Positions 19,523 through 27,670 of a stretch of DNA of 64,000 nt are shown here, in pieces. The position numbers and the translations under genes are program-made. A model generated the notes under the pieces. The model had not been told where the DNA came from. It saw nothing but the letters and a program-made list of their open reading frames with translations, and made no database searches. The stretch's first letter is position 1; every line of letters starts with the position of its first letter. Source of the DNA: Escherichia phage MX01; the sequence record NC_031934.1; one strand, written 5' to 3'.

Positions 19523-20962
19523 TTAAAATTTGATAGATGCTGCTAAATCATCTAAATCACTTCTATTAACACGCGTCTGTCGATTGACCTCGGCCTGGCG
19601 ATTCATCTCACCTGTAGCCTCACGAACAGTGTTCACTGGGCCTGGGTTGGAATCGTCTTCAACTTCGTACCAACGTTGATTTCCTTTCTTAACACCAATC
19701 TTAAATTTGTTGTAGTAGCTCTTATCACCGTAACGAGATTTAAGCTGCTTAACCATCTGCATACCCATCTGAGCAAACTCTTCTGTCTCGACCACGCCTA
19801 ACATGAAGTCTGCAGTATGTGCAATACCAAAGGATTCAGCAATATCGGCCATATCGATTTCGGCTGCAACGTTCGCACCACGAGTAGTCTGGGCTGCAGT
19901 CCACAACAGTAATTTCTTCTCTACTGCAAGTCCACGTAGTTCTTCGGCAACCATCTTAATCAATCCGTAACTGTTTTCAGAGAAAACTTTCGTACGAGAT
20001 GATGCACAGATAGCCAAGTAGTCGACGATAACAACCTGTGGGACAAAGTTTTGTTTAAGCTTGTATTCGTTTAATAATGCACGGAAGGTATCGGCATTAG
20101 CACCACCGGTAGGATACTGTTTAATCTTTAAACGACCTAAAGTAGCAGTTGAACGCCATTTATCCATCTTAGCTTTGTATTCAGGCCAAGAGACATGACC
20201 ATCATCGATATCATCCAGTGATACATCCAGAAGGTTGGCATCGATACGCTTAGCACATACTTCCTCTGCCATCTCCATGGAGATATAAAGAACGTCGTAA
20301 CCAGATTGAAGGTAATCAGCAGCCAATGAACACAGACCAAGAGACTTACCTACGTTTGTTCCTGCCAACAATACGTTTTCAGTACCAAACTCAGCACCAC
20401 CCTTGGTAATCTTATTCAGAATATTAAGACGGAATGGAACCTTACGTGCTTTATCGGAATAACTTTTGAATCGTTCTTCATAGTCATCCATCCAGTCATG
20501 ACCTAATTCAGAATCGAAACAAATCGATAATGCATCACGCATGATATCTGGAATAGCACCAATACCTGGAAGTTTTCTATTTTGTTGCTCAACCGGAAGG
20601 TCGGCATTAGTTTGGATTTCAATGATTTTTGAAGTTGCATTATACATCGCTGCTTTCTGAACGTATTTCTCCGTCTCTTTAACCAACCATTCTTGGTCTT
20701 CAGGTCCAGCATTCAGTGAGCTTAAAAGCTCTTTAGCTCCTTGATGTTCGACTTCTGAAAGCGTGCTGTTATCTAATGCAATGCTCAATGCGTTCTTGGA
20801 AGGCACTGCATTATATTCATTGACGTGTTTTTTAATTTCTTTGAAAAGGGTCTTTGCTGGACCCTGGTCAAAATATGAATCATTCATATAAGGCCAAACC
20901 TTAGTGAAATAATCACTATTGCCTAGCAGTTGAGCCAAAATAGTTTCTACCACTTCCACCAC
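19523..20962 (-). CDS. 41: replicative DNA helicase (DnaB-like)
   Basis: 479 aa; Walker A GTNVGKS; T4 gp41 size and position. Confidence 0.9.
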   Translation of the reverse strand: MVEVVETILAQLLGNSDYFTKVWPYMNDSYFDQGPAKTLFKEIKKHVNEYNAVPSKNALSIALDNSTLSEVEHQGAKELLSSLNAGPEDQEWLVKETEKYVQKAAMYNATSKIIEIQTNADLPVEQQNRKLPGIGAIPDIMRDALSICFDSELGHDWMDDYEERFKSYSDKARKVPFRLNILNKITKGGAEFGTENVLLAGTNVGKSLGLCSLAADYLQSGYDVLYISMEMAEEVCAKRIDANLLDVSLDDIDDGHVSWPEYKAKMDKWRSTATLGRLKIKQYPTGGANADTFRALLNEYKLKQNFVPQVVIVDYLAICASSRTKVFSENSYGLIKMVAEELRGLAVEKKLLLWTAAQTTRGANVAAEIDMADIAESFGIAHTADFMLGVVETEEFAQMGMQMVKQLKSRYGDKSYYNKFKIGVKKGNQRWYEVEDDSNPGPVNTVREATGEMNRQAEVNRQTRVNRSDLDDLAASIKF

Positions 20963-21276
20963 CTCTTAGATTTAATTTTATCCAGTTCTTCTTGTATTTG
21001 CATTGTAACACATTTTTCTACATGAAGCGCTAGCTCTTCTTTTCGGTCTTCGGAAGGTGTTCCGAAATCAACCGACACTTTTCCATCTTTCTCAATAACA
21101 ATATTCATCACATAAACGATGTGAGCAGTGCCATCGGGTAAAGTAAGCATAATTTCCTGCTTAACAGAACCCATTGACTTACGGATTATATCTAATGATT
21201 TCTCATAATAACGAGGGTCACTAGGACCCTCTTCAGCATCTTTAACAAAATTATCTAAATCAGATAAATCAGTCAT
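20947..21276 (-). CDS. hypothetical protein, 109 aa; positional equivalent of T4 gene 40
   Basis: Located between uvsX and 41 as gene 40 is in T4; sequence not verified. Confidence 0.5.
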   Translation of the reverse strand: MTDLSDLDNFVKDAEEGPSDPRYYEKSLDIIRKSMGSVKQEIMLTLPDGTAHIVYVMNIVIEKDGKVSVDFGTPSEDRKEELALHVEKCVTMQIQEELDKIKSKRWWKW

Positions 21277-22441
21277 CTAAATCCATCTCTTCTAAATCGT
21301 TTTCGATATCAGCGGCGCTTTGGGTATTTCCGCCTAATTTAACAGCAACGTTCTTGGAGACACGAGAGTTAATAAGGTCGTTCACTGCATCGTCAACTTC
21401 TTTAATAGAATTAATTGCACCAAGCTTATACTTATTCTCGATTGCTTCACGGAACGGAGCATGTTTAAACAGTGGTCCCCAGAACTCAACACAATCGGTA
21501 GCTTTAGCACGCCATGCTTTTTCTTCTTGAACCATTTCACCTGTGGTTTCGTCAAGGAATGCACGATTATACCAACCTGCTTTAGGTTTCACGACAAAGC
21601 CGATATCAGTAGCCATTTCGAGCAATCCACTGAACGGGTCGATACCGCCTTCAAAGTTAACGGTGATAGGGAAAGTTGATTTCTCTTTAACTGTACGAGA
21701 TTTCTCTGCTTTCAGTGTGAAGTCATAACCTGTGAGCTCTGTGCCATCTTTAACTTGGCGTTTAGAGATAAAGAACACGGTAGAAGCAGAGTACAGAATA
21801 CCAGTACCACCACCCATAATCTCTTTAGGGTACATTCCACCAATTTCCATAGCCGTGTGGTTAATTGCTACACAAGGGATATCTTTGATGGTCAGATAAG
21901 GTGTTACGATACGGAACAGAGATTTCAGTGATTTAGCACGAGTCATATCACCTACAACTTTCTCGTTCAAAGCATCTTCGGTTTCTTTCTTAGAAGCAGT
22001 GTTACCGATGGAGTCGATAAAGATAATAACCTTTTCGCCACGAGTAATTTCTTCTAACTGGTTGGTCATATCAACTTTAAGCTGTTCGACTGACTGGATT
22101 GGTGTATGAACCACACGTTCCAAATCAACACCCATCGAACGGAAATAAGATTCTGAAGCACCAAACTCAGAGTCATAGAACAAACAAATTGCGTCTGGAT
22201 ATTTCTTCATATATGCCGCGACCATGGTAAGTCCAAACAACGTTTTAAAGTGTTTAGATGGAGCAGCAAAGATTGTCAAACCTGATTGTAAGCCTGCATT
22301 CAACGCACCGCCTAATGCAATATTCAGCATAGGGATACGAGTAGGAACTTCGTCACGACCATTAAACAATTTAGATTTGGTCAGGTCGGCAGTCATTTTA
22401 GAAGTAGAAGCTTTAATCAAACGGGATTTTAAATCAGACAT
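21269..22441 (-). CDS. uvsX: UvsX recombinase (RecA-like)
   Basis: 390 aa; RecA-fold ATPase; T4 UvsX size and position. Confidence 0.9.
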   Translation of the reverse strand: MSDLKSRLIKASTSKMTADLTKSKLFNGRDEVPTRIPMLNIALGGALNAGLQSGLTIFAAPSKHFKTLFGLTMVAAYMKKYPDAICLFYDSEFGASESYFRSMGVDLERVVHTPIQSVEQLKVDMTNQLEEITRGEKVIIFIDSIGNTASKKETEDALNEKVVGDMTRAKSLKSLFRIVTPYLTIKDIPCVAINHTAMEIGGMYPKEIMGGGTGILYSASTVFFISKRQVKDGTELTGYDFTLKAEKSRTVKEKSTFPITVNFEGGIDPFSGLLEMATDIGFVVKPKAGWYNRAFLDETTGEMVQEEKAWRAKATDCVEFWGPLFKHAPFREAIENKYKLGAINSIKEVDDAVNDLINSRVSKNVAVKLGGNTQSAADIENDLEEMDLDD

Positions 22442-22493
22442 TATATTTTTCCATAGGCATCATTATATTTTACTCACGTTTTAAGATAGGGTA

Positions 22494-22502
22494 ATTATAT
22501 CA
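22494..22502 (-). promoter_or_regulatory. extended -10 element TGATATAAT upstream of uvsX
   Basis: TGn-TATAAT present; no convincing -35. Confidence 0.35.
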
Positions 22503-22518
22503 CTTCACATTTACAGCG

Positions 22519-23412
22519 TTAAAGGACCACGTCCTCATAACTTGGCATTTCGTGCTCAGAATGGATGTGGGCACCGAAATAAATGAATTCAGCCAGACCA
22601 GGATGGAATACTAAACTGGGATTCTCATGATAAATGATATGAGGTCTTGATTTCAGAATCTGATAATATTCAACCTTACTCGGTTTGAATTTAATAATCT
22701 CTACATCAGGACGATGGTCTTCACGCTTAAATGAATCATTCGGATCGGTGATATAAAGGCGAGAACCTTCAGCCGCAGCTTGGTCTACAACTCTTTCGAA
22801 TTGATAGCATTTATCTGAGATACGGAATGGATGGAAAATACCATCAATTTTAATAGGCGCTAGACCTTCAGAGTAACGCTCAATTACTGCGGGATTAATT
22901 ACCTTTTGGTCTACAAAAATCTTATCAGAGGACGCACCTCGTGACACCAGGACGTCTTTCTGACATTGATTCAAGACTGTAGTATAAATCGAACGTTCAA
23001 CTGAACCCACGTCGGTATCAATAAACTCATCGATGTAATAACGAGGAACTTCAGGGTCCATTGTAATGTTAAAGTTGAATTGTACGGTATGAGCACCATC
23101 ATAACCTGTGATATCGGTTACCAATCCTGAGCAGTCATAGTATTCGATTAACGAATCAACAACGAACTCATTTTCAGACCAAAAATGTTTACGAGTTTCA
23201 TAAGCATTTTCTTTATACCAAAGAGGTACAAAATTCAGTTCAGGAAATAATTCAATGCATTCTTTGATATCGCTCGAATTTCTAGGATAAGCCAGATAAT
23301 CACCTGGGCGAGCACGGTTTAAATGGAGTTGAAAATTGCCGTCCTTAAGGACAGCATATTCACCTGTTTCGTAACTACGCATACTGAAAATAGGAACGAT
23401 AAACAAACTCAT
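22519..23412 (-). CDS. putative hmC-DNA sugar transferase, 297 aa (occupies the T4 beta-gt position)
   Basis: Last gene of the 5-gene coupled operon; ATGA overlap with upstream gene; function inferred from synteny only. Confidence 0.55.
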   Translation of the reverse strand: MSLFIVPIFSMRSYETGEYAVLKDGNFQLHLNRARPGDYLAYPRNSSDIKECIELFPELNFVPLWYKENAYETRKHFWSENEFVVDSLIEYYDCSGLVTDITGYDGAHTVQFNFNITMDPEVPRYYIDEFIDTDVGSVERSIYTTVLNQCQKDVLVSRGASSDKIFVDQKVINPAVIERYSEGLAPIKIDGIFHPFRISDKCYQFERVVDQAAAEGSRLYITDPNDSFKREDHRPDVEIIKFKPSKVEYYQILKSRPHIIYHENPSLVFHPGLAEFIYFGAHIHSEHEMPSYEDVVL

Positions 23413-24107
23413 TTCAGGAATCCTCGAACGTAGTCAAAATCACGTTCAAACACGTGTGCACTAACCATAGTATGGGAATATGTACCCAGACCAACACCAC
23501 ACTGTTCGGCAATAAAGGCCATCAGTTTACCCTGCAGATAGAAATCCAGCTGCATAACGATAGCACAGTTCTGTGAACGCATATGAGTGTGTGCATACAG
23601 ACGTCCATCACGAATATAATATGTTACCGAATCGGTACACGGATATTCTAGGGATTCGTCAGAATCAAGGAGTGCTTGGTCTTGTTCTTGGAGAATCTGG
23701 AACACAACTCTTCGCGAGTTAGGCTTTTCTTTAAGCTCTTTAAGTAGGGCTGGGAGTTGGGCCACAATTCGAGGTCCATAGAAAGTGTTGAAGTTTGCAG
23801 GCAATACGTCACTTTTCGGCTTATCAATGAACTTAGCAACATTAGGGTATTCCTTAAATGCTTCGGCTGCGTCAGTACCACCAGAAATCATAAATTTCCA
23901 GAAAGATTCGGCATAATCATAGTTGATACGATTAATACGAGGGTCGGTGAATTTATAGGTGCTTGCATCCAGTACTTCTACCGAAGCAGAACCAATTTCA
24001 TAACAACGGCCGATACGAGAATCAACTGCAAACTGTGGAGCTTCCAGGATTTCTTCGTTCATTTGTTTAAACGCGTTTTCAAAACTAACAGCGGTAATGT
24101 GTTTCAT
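23409..24107 (-). CDS. 42: thymidylate-synthase-fold pyrimidine hydroxymethylase (dCMP hydroxymethylase-like)
   Basis: 232 aa; YPCTDSVTYYIRDGRL...MRSQN resembles TS/dCMP-HMase active-site region. Confidence 0.65.
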   Translation of the reverse strand: MKHITAVSFENAFKQMNEEILEAPQFAVDSRIGRCYEIGSASVEVLDASTYKFTDPRINRINYDYAESFWKFMISGGTDAAEAFKEYPNVAKFIDKPKSDVLPANFNTFYGPRIVAQLPALLKELKEKPNSRRVVFQILQEQDQALLDSDESLEYPCTDSVTYYIRDGRLYAHTHMRSQNCAIVMQLDFYLQGKLMAFIAEQCGVGLGTYSHTMVSAHVFERDFDYVRGFLK

Positions 24108-24640
24108 TTATTCACCTTATTTTCAATATATTCATTCAGACGTTTTAATTCTACCATATCAACATTAAGCAAATTATTATGGCCGTCGTGATTTAAGATT
24201 TTAAACACGTTTTCAAAACATGTTTCATACTTCTGGATAGTTAGGTTGAACTCATCTTTGGTTAATTTAATAAGGTCATCTTCGAAGTCTTCATCTAATG
24301 GGTTACGGGTTAAAATAACCTCAATAATATTGAATTCAGATTTAAACCCTTTCCAATCTTCCAGTTCTACATAAGGGTCCATTTCACCACGAAGGAATCC
24401 TGAGTAAACAATATTACTAGGATATCCACGGTCTAAGATGTAGACAAAATTAGGGTCTAAAAACTTATATAAGGTTTCGACTAAAGCCTTATCATTATCA
24501 GTCCCTATTGAAATGCACTTACCATTAATCTTTTTAGGGAAATCGATAAGACGATATTTCTTATCAGATAAAAGTGATTCAATTAAAGTAGACTTCCCGG
24601 AATTATCCGGGCCGTCGATAACAATGATTTTTGGTTTCAC
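24104..24640 (-). CDS. P-loop kinase (nucleoside/nucleotide-kinase-like), 178 aa
   Basis: Walker A IVIDGPDNSGKST at N-terminus; ATGA-coupled on both sides. Confidence 0.65.
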   Translation of the reverse strand: MKPKIIVIDGPDNSGKSTLIESLLSDKKYRLIDFPKKINGKCISIGTDNDKALVETLYKFLDPNFVYILDRGYPSNIVYSGFLRGEMDPYVELEDWKGFKSEFNIIEVILTRNPLDEDFEDDLIKLTKDEFNLTIQKYETCFENVFKILNHDGHNNLLNVDMVELKRLNEYIENKVNK

Positions 24641-24996
24641 GGATGATATGCCTTATAGGTTTCAAGAGTTCCTTCACGAACCATTTCTTTAAAATGGTCA
24701 GGACGGATTGCTCGGTCATCGATGATAAAAGTATAACTCGGCTTATGTGTAAGCAGATTATGATATTTCAATCCAATCTTTTCAAGGTTCTTAACCAATG
24801 CAGGAACTACTTCAACCAAGATTCGACCCGGGCCACATGAAGTCATACCACGAGCAGTGAACAATGTAATCTCATGGCCTTCATCATAAAGCTTATTAAT
24901 CATGGACACCATTTCGGTGTCCGGTTTAAAGTTTTCGTAATCACGGTCGTGGTTCCAAACCGTGATTGTGTTATCGATATCAAAACACAGATGCAT
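24637..24996 (-). CDS. HAD-superfamily phosphatase, about 119 aa
   Basis: HAD motif I FDIDNT near N-terminus; start set to ATG sharing a base with upstream stop. Confidence 0.6.
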   Translation of the reverse strand: MHLCFDIDNTITVWNHDRDYENFKPDTEMVSMINKLYDEGHEITLFTARGMTSCGPGRILVEVVPALVKNLEKIGLKYHNLLTHKPSYTFIIDDRAIRPDHFKEMVREGTLETYKAYHP

Positions 24997-26669
24997 TAAA
25001 TTTTCTTCCATTGTTTGTGGAGTTCAGTAGAACCTGTAGGTTTATATTTTACACCAGTTTCTTGGTCAAGCAAAACCCACTTATCAGGACAACGAGTAAT
25101 AATTTGGGCCGTAATAGGGTCGCGAACTTCATCAACGAATTCACCTGTGATAAGCTTACGCTTACGAGGGTGCCGCTTCAGCAGCACACTCAGTTGATAT
25201 AAACCATTGTAATAAGCACCCAGAGCTTTCAGAGGGTTATTTTTAAAGTAACCTGCTAATGCCATCCAGATAACAGCAATCCAGAGCTTGTGCTTAAATG
25301 TACACATCGGAATATCATCTAAAGGCATAACCTTTTCAATATCAACGAATACACGAGTTCCGTTACGAGTTAAGCCACCCCATAGAGGGTCAGAGTTAAA
25401 TTTGTCATAACCATCGATAGAATAAAGCACCTTAGCTTCATCATAAATCGCAGGGCCTTTAGAACTATTACCAAAATAACCACGTGGGTCGATGATTTTA
25501 ATATTACCTTCGTCCGACAACATAATATTACTGTAGTGCGGGTCGCCATGAATAAGTTGGTACGGTTCTTTATGTTCAGACAGAATTTCTAAGGCGTGAC
25601 GAAGAAGTTTTTCTGGGTCGCCTACCTTGAAGTCGTTAACATGGGTAATACCCTGTGGAGCAAAGCCTTCAATCAATCCGGCAATAGAAGCATTACGAAT
25701 AAGGACCTTGTCCAATACTTCTTTCTTAACATCAGAATACCATTGCTCATCGGACGGATTATCGATAGTTCCACCGAACGAACGTAATGCACTAATAACC
25801 TTATAAACCATTAGGACTTTAGTTTCTTTAGACATAAACCGGTAGGCATCTGCCATGGTTCGACCAAAGATACGTTCCATTTTAATGAATTCACCTGGAG
25901 CAAAGTCTACAATGCTAGGAACGAATTCAGAATCAATAGAATTGTACCAATTGATTTCTTTAGATTGGATTTCTTTACCTAATTCGTTTGTAGGTACTTT
26001 AATAGCTAGATTCTCAGTGAACTCTAATTTATTAAATTCACGGTTAATTTCAGAATCTTCATGGGCCTTAGCCAGTTTCAGTTTGTCACCAACATCAACT
26101 ACAAAGTCTAACTTACGTTCAGTCAAATGGACCATTGAATCCAGGTTGTCGGCAAGGTCTTCACCGTAATTAGAACGGTCGAAACCTGCCCAATTAGCCA
26201 CCTGATACAAACCAACTACACCACCACCGGTACCAATTTCACGCAAGTACGGTTCTTCAAATGTAAAACGACAGTCGGTCCCATAGGTATAACAGTAGTC
26301 GTTATCCCACTCAACTTTATGACCCTCAGGAATGATGTCACACCAGTTAAACAAGACGTTATGCCCGATGATATCTTCAGCAATGCAATCGATGGCATGA
26401 GCTGAACCATTGGCAACATCTACGTTACGAATAATGAATTTAGGCTTATCACTATTAATCATGTTAATGGATTTAATGTAACCCTTAACGAGGTCATTAA
26501 ATTTGCTGTGAATTACCAAAATGATTTCATCTGATTGGTTACTATACAAATCATACAAATGTTTTAGTACTGTATGCTGTTTGTAGTTAACCAATACCTT
26601 CGGGATTTCGTTAGTAATTGGATACAACCGTGAGCCAAGACCTGCGCCTAAAATAACAACCTTTTTCAT
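24996..26669 (-). CDS. bifunctional sugar-1-phosphate nucleotidylyltransferase / APH-like anomeric sugar kinase
   Basis: N-terminal ILGAGLGSRL nucleotidylyltransferase motif; C-terminal HGDPHYSNIML...IIDP kinase motif; start at ATG with GAGGA SD. Confidence 0.75.
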   Translation of the reverse strand: MKKVVILGAGLGSRLYPITNEIPKVLVNYKQHTVLKHLYDLYSNQSDEIILVIHSKFNDLVKGYIKSINMINSDKPKFIIRNVDVANGSAHAIDCIAEDIIGHNVLFNWCDIIPEGHKVEWDNDYCYTYGTDCRFTFEEPYLREIGTGGGVVGLYQVANWAGFDRSNYGEDLADNLDSMVHLTERKLDFVVDVGDKLKLAKAHEDSEINREFNKLEFTENLAIKVPTNELGKEIQSKEINWYNSIDSEFVPSIVDFAPGEFIKMERIFGRTMADAYRFMSKETKVLMVYKVISALRSFGGTIDNPSDEQWYSDVKKEVLDKVLIRNASIAGLIEGFAPQGITHVNDFKVGDPEKLLRHALEILSEHKEPYQLIHGDPHYSNIMLSDEGNIKIIDPRGYFGNSSKGPAIYDEAKVLYSIDGYDKFNSDPLWGGLTRNGTRVFVDIEKVMPLDDIPMCTFKHKLWIAVIWMALAGYFKNNPLKALGAYYNGLYQLSVLLKRHPRKRKLITGEFVDEVRDPITAQIITRCPDKWVLLDQETGVKYKPTGSTELHKQWKKI

Positions 26670-26729
26670 TATCTGTTCCTCAAGTGAATGTAGGTACATT
26701 ATACACTATTTTTAATAAATTGGTATTGC

Positions 26730-27230
26730 TTAAATCTTATCTTTACCGATTTCGATGCACTGTTCTATTGCTGCAGGCACTTTGGTCTTGAGCTTATTGA
26801 TTTGTTTCTTATAATCACGGGCTTTATCGAAGCTCTCGGTTTCGAGCATTTCGTAATAACGAGCCTCGTGGATGGAAATCTGTAGATTGATATGGTTTAC
26901 GCACATCGCATACAGTTTCTGCTTTTTGTACAAATCATCTTGGCGCTTCATTTCTGCCTGGTGTTTGGCTAGTACCGCTTCACGCTTAGACTCTTGTTCA
27001 CGTTGGAATTCGATTTCCCTTTGAGCATATTTTGCACAGTTATTACCACATTGATTATTAGCTCGAGTATACACAAGTCCAGAACCTGCACGGAATTTCA
27101 TTTCGCCATCGAATTGTTTCTGTTCAGCTGCGATACGAGCTTTACCAACTTCATCGGCCGAAACTGCATCACCATATTGGACCGCGCAACCTGATAGAAG
27201 CATACTCATTGCGATAATTAACTTTTTCAT
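26730..27230 (-). CDS. predicted lipoprotein, 166 aa
   Basis: Signal peptide with lipobox LSGC. Confidence 0.6.
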   Translation of the reverse strand: MKKLIIAMSMLLSGCAVQYGDAVSADEVGKARIAAEQKQFDGEMKFRAGSGLVYTRANNQCGNNCAKYAQREIEFQREQESKREAVLAKHQAEMKRQDDLYKKQKLYAMCVNHINLQISIHEARYYEMLETESFDKARDYKKQINKLKTKVPAAIEQCIEIGKDKI

Positions 27231-27237
27231 AATATCC

Positions 27238-27375
27238 TCAATTAAAACAGTTATACTTAATTTGTGCTATAAGAATAATCCATCCGATGATTAGTGTCGG
27301 AATCATTAGCGGAATTGCCACTGCCCAATAAACGGTAAAGGCGACCATTATAAGAAATAAAATAATTATTTTCAT
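27238..27375 (-). CDS. small hydrophobic membrane peptide, about 45 aa (not in ORF track)
   Basis: ATG-initiated ORF encoding one predicted TM helix between lipoprotein and imm-like gene. Confidence 0.35.
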   Translation of the reverse strand: MKIIILFLIMVAFTVYWAVAIPLMIPTLIIGWIILIAQIKYNCFN

Positions 27376-27608
27376 TGTTTAACAATAATGATTTGTGCGT
27401 TTGATTTACGTTCAGCGACGATAGCCCAGATTAAAGCCACTACCCAACCAATCATCGTCCAACCCAACAGGAGATTAAGGAAGAAAATTCCTACATTACT
27501 ACGTGTTCCTCGCAGAAGAGCTAAAATCCATGGTAAAAAGTAACCGATGAACATAATAACCAGAGAACCGAATCCTAAAACACCAGCACTAACGATTAAA
27601 GCTTCCAT
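27372..27608 (-). CDS. imm: two-TM membrane protein, Imm-like (superinfection immunity)
   Basis: 78 aa, two hydrophobic helices; between 42-like and 43 as imm is in T4; GAGGA SD and own promoter. Confidence 0.5.
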   Translation of the reverse strand: MEALIVSAGVLGFGSLVIMFIGYFLPWILALLRGTRSNVGIFFLNLLLGWTMIGWVVALIWAIVAERKSNAQIIIVKQ

Positions 27609-27638
27609 TGTAATTTCCTCATGTAGTTGATAGGAAGG

Positions 27639-27668
27639 ATAATACCACGTTCCATGTGGTATGTAAAC
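27639..27668 (-). promoter_or_regulatory. early promoter (GTTTAC-N18-TATTAT)
   Basis: Cassette upstream of imm-like gene. Confidence 0.55.
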
Positions 27669-27670
27669 AC

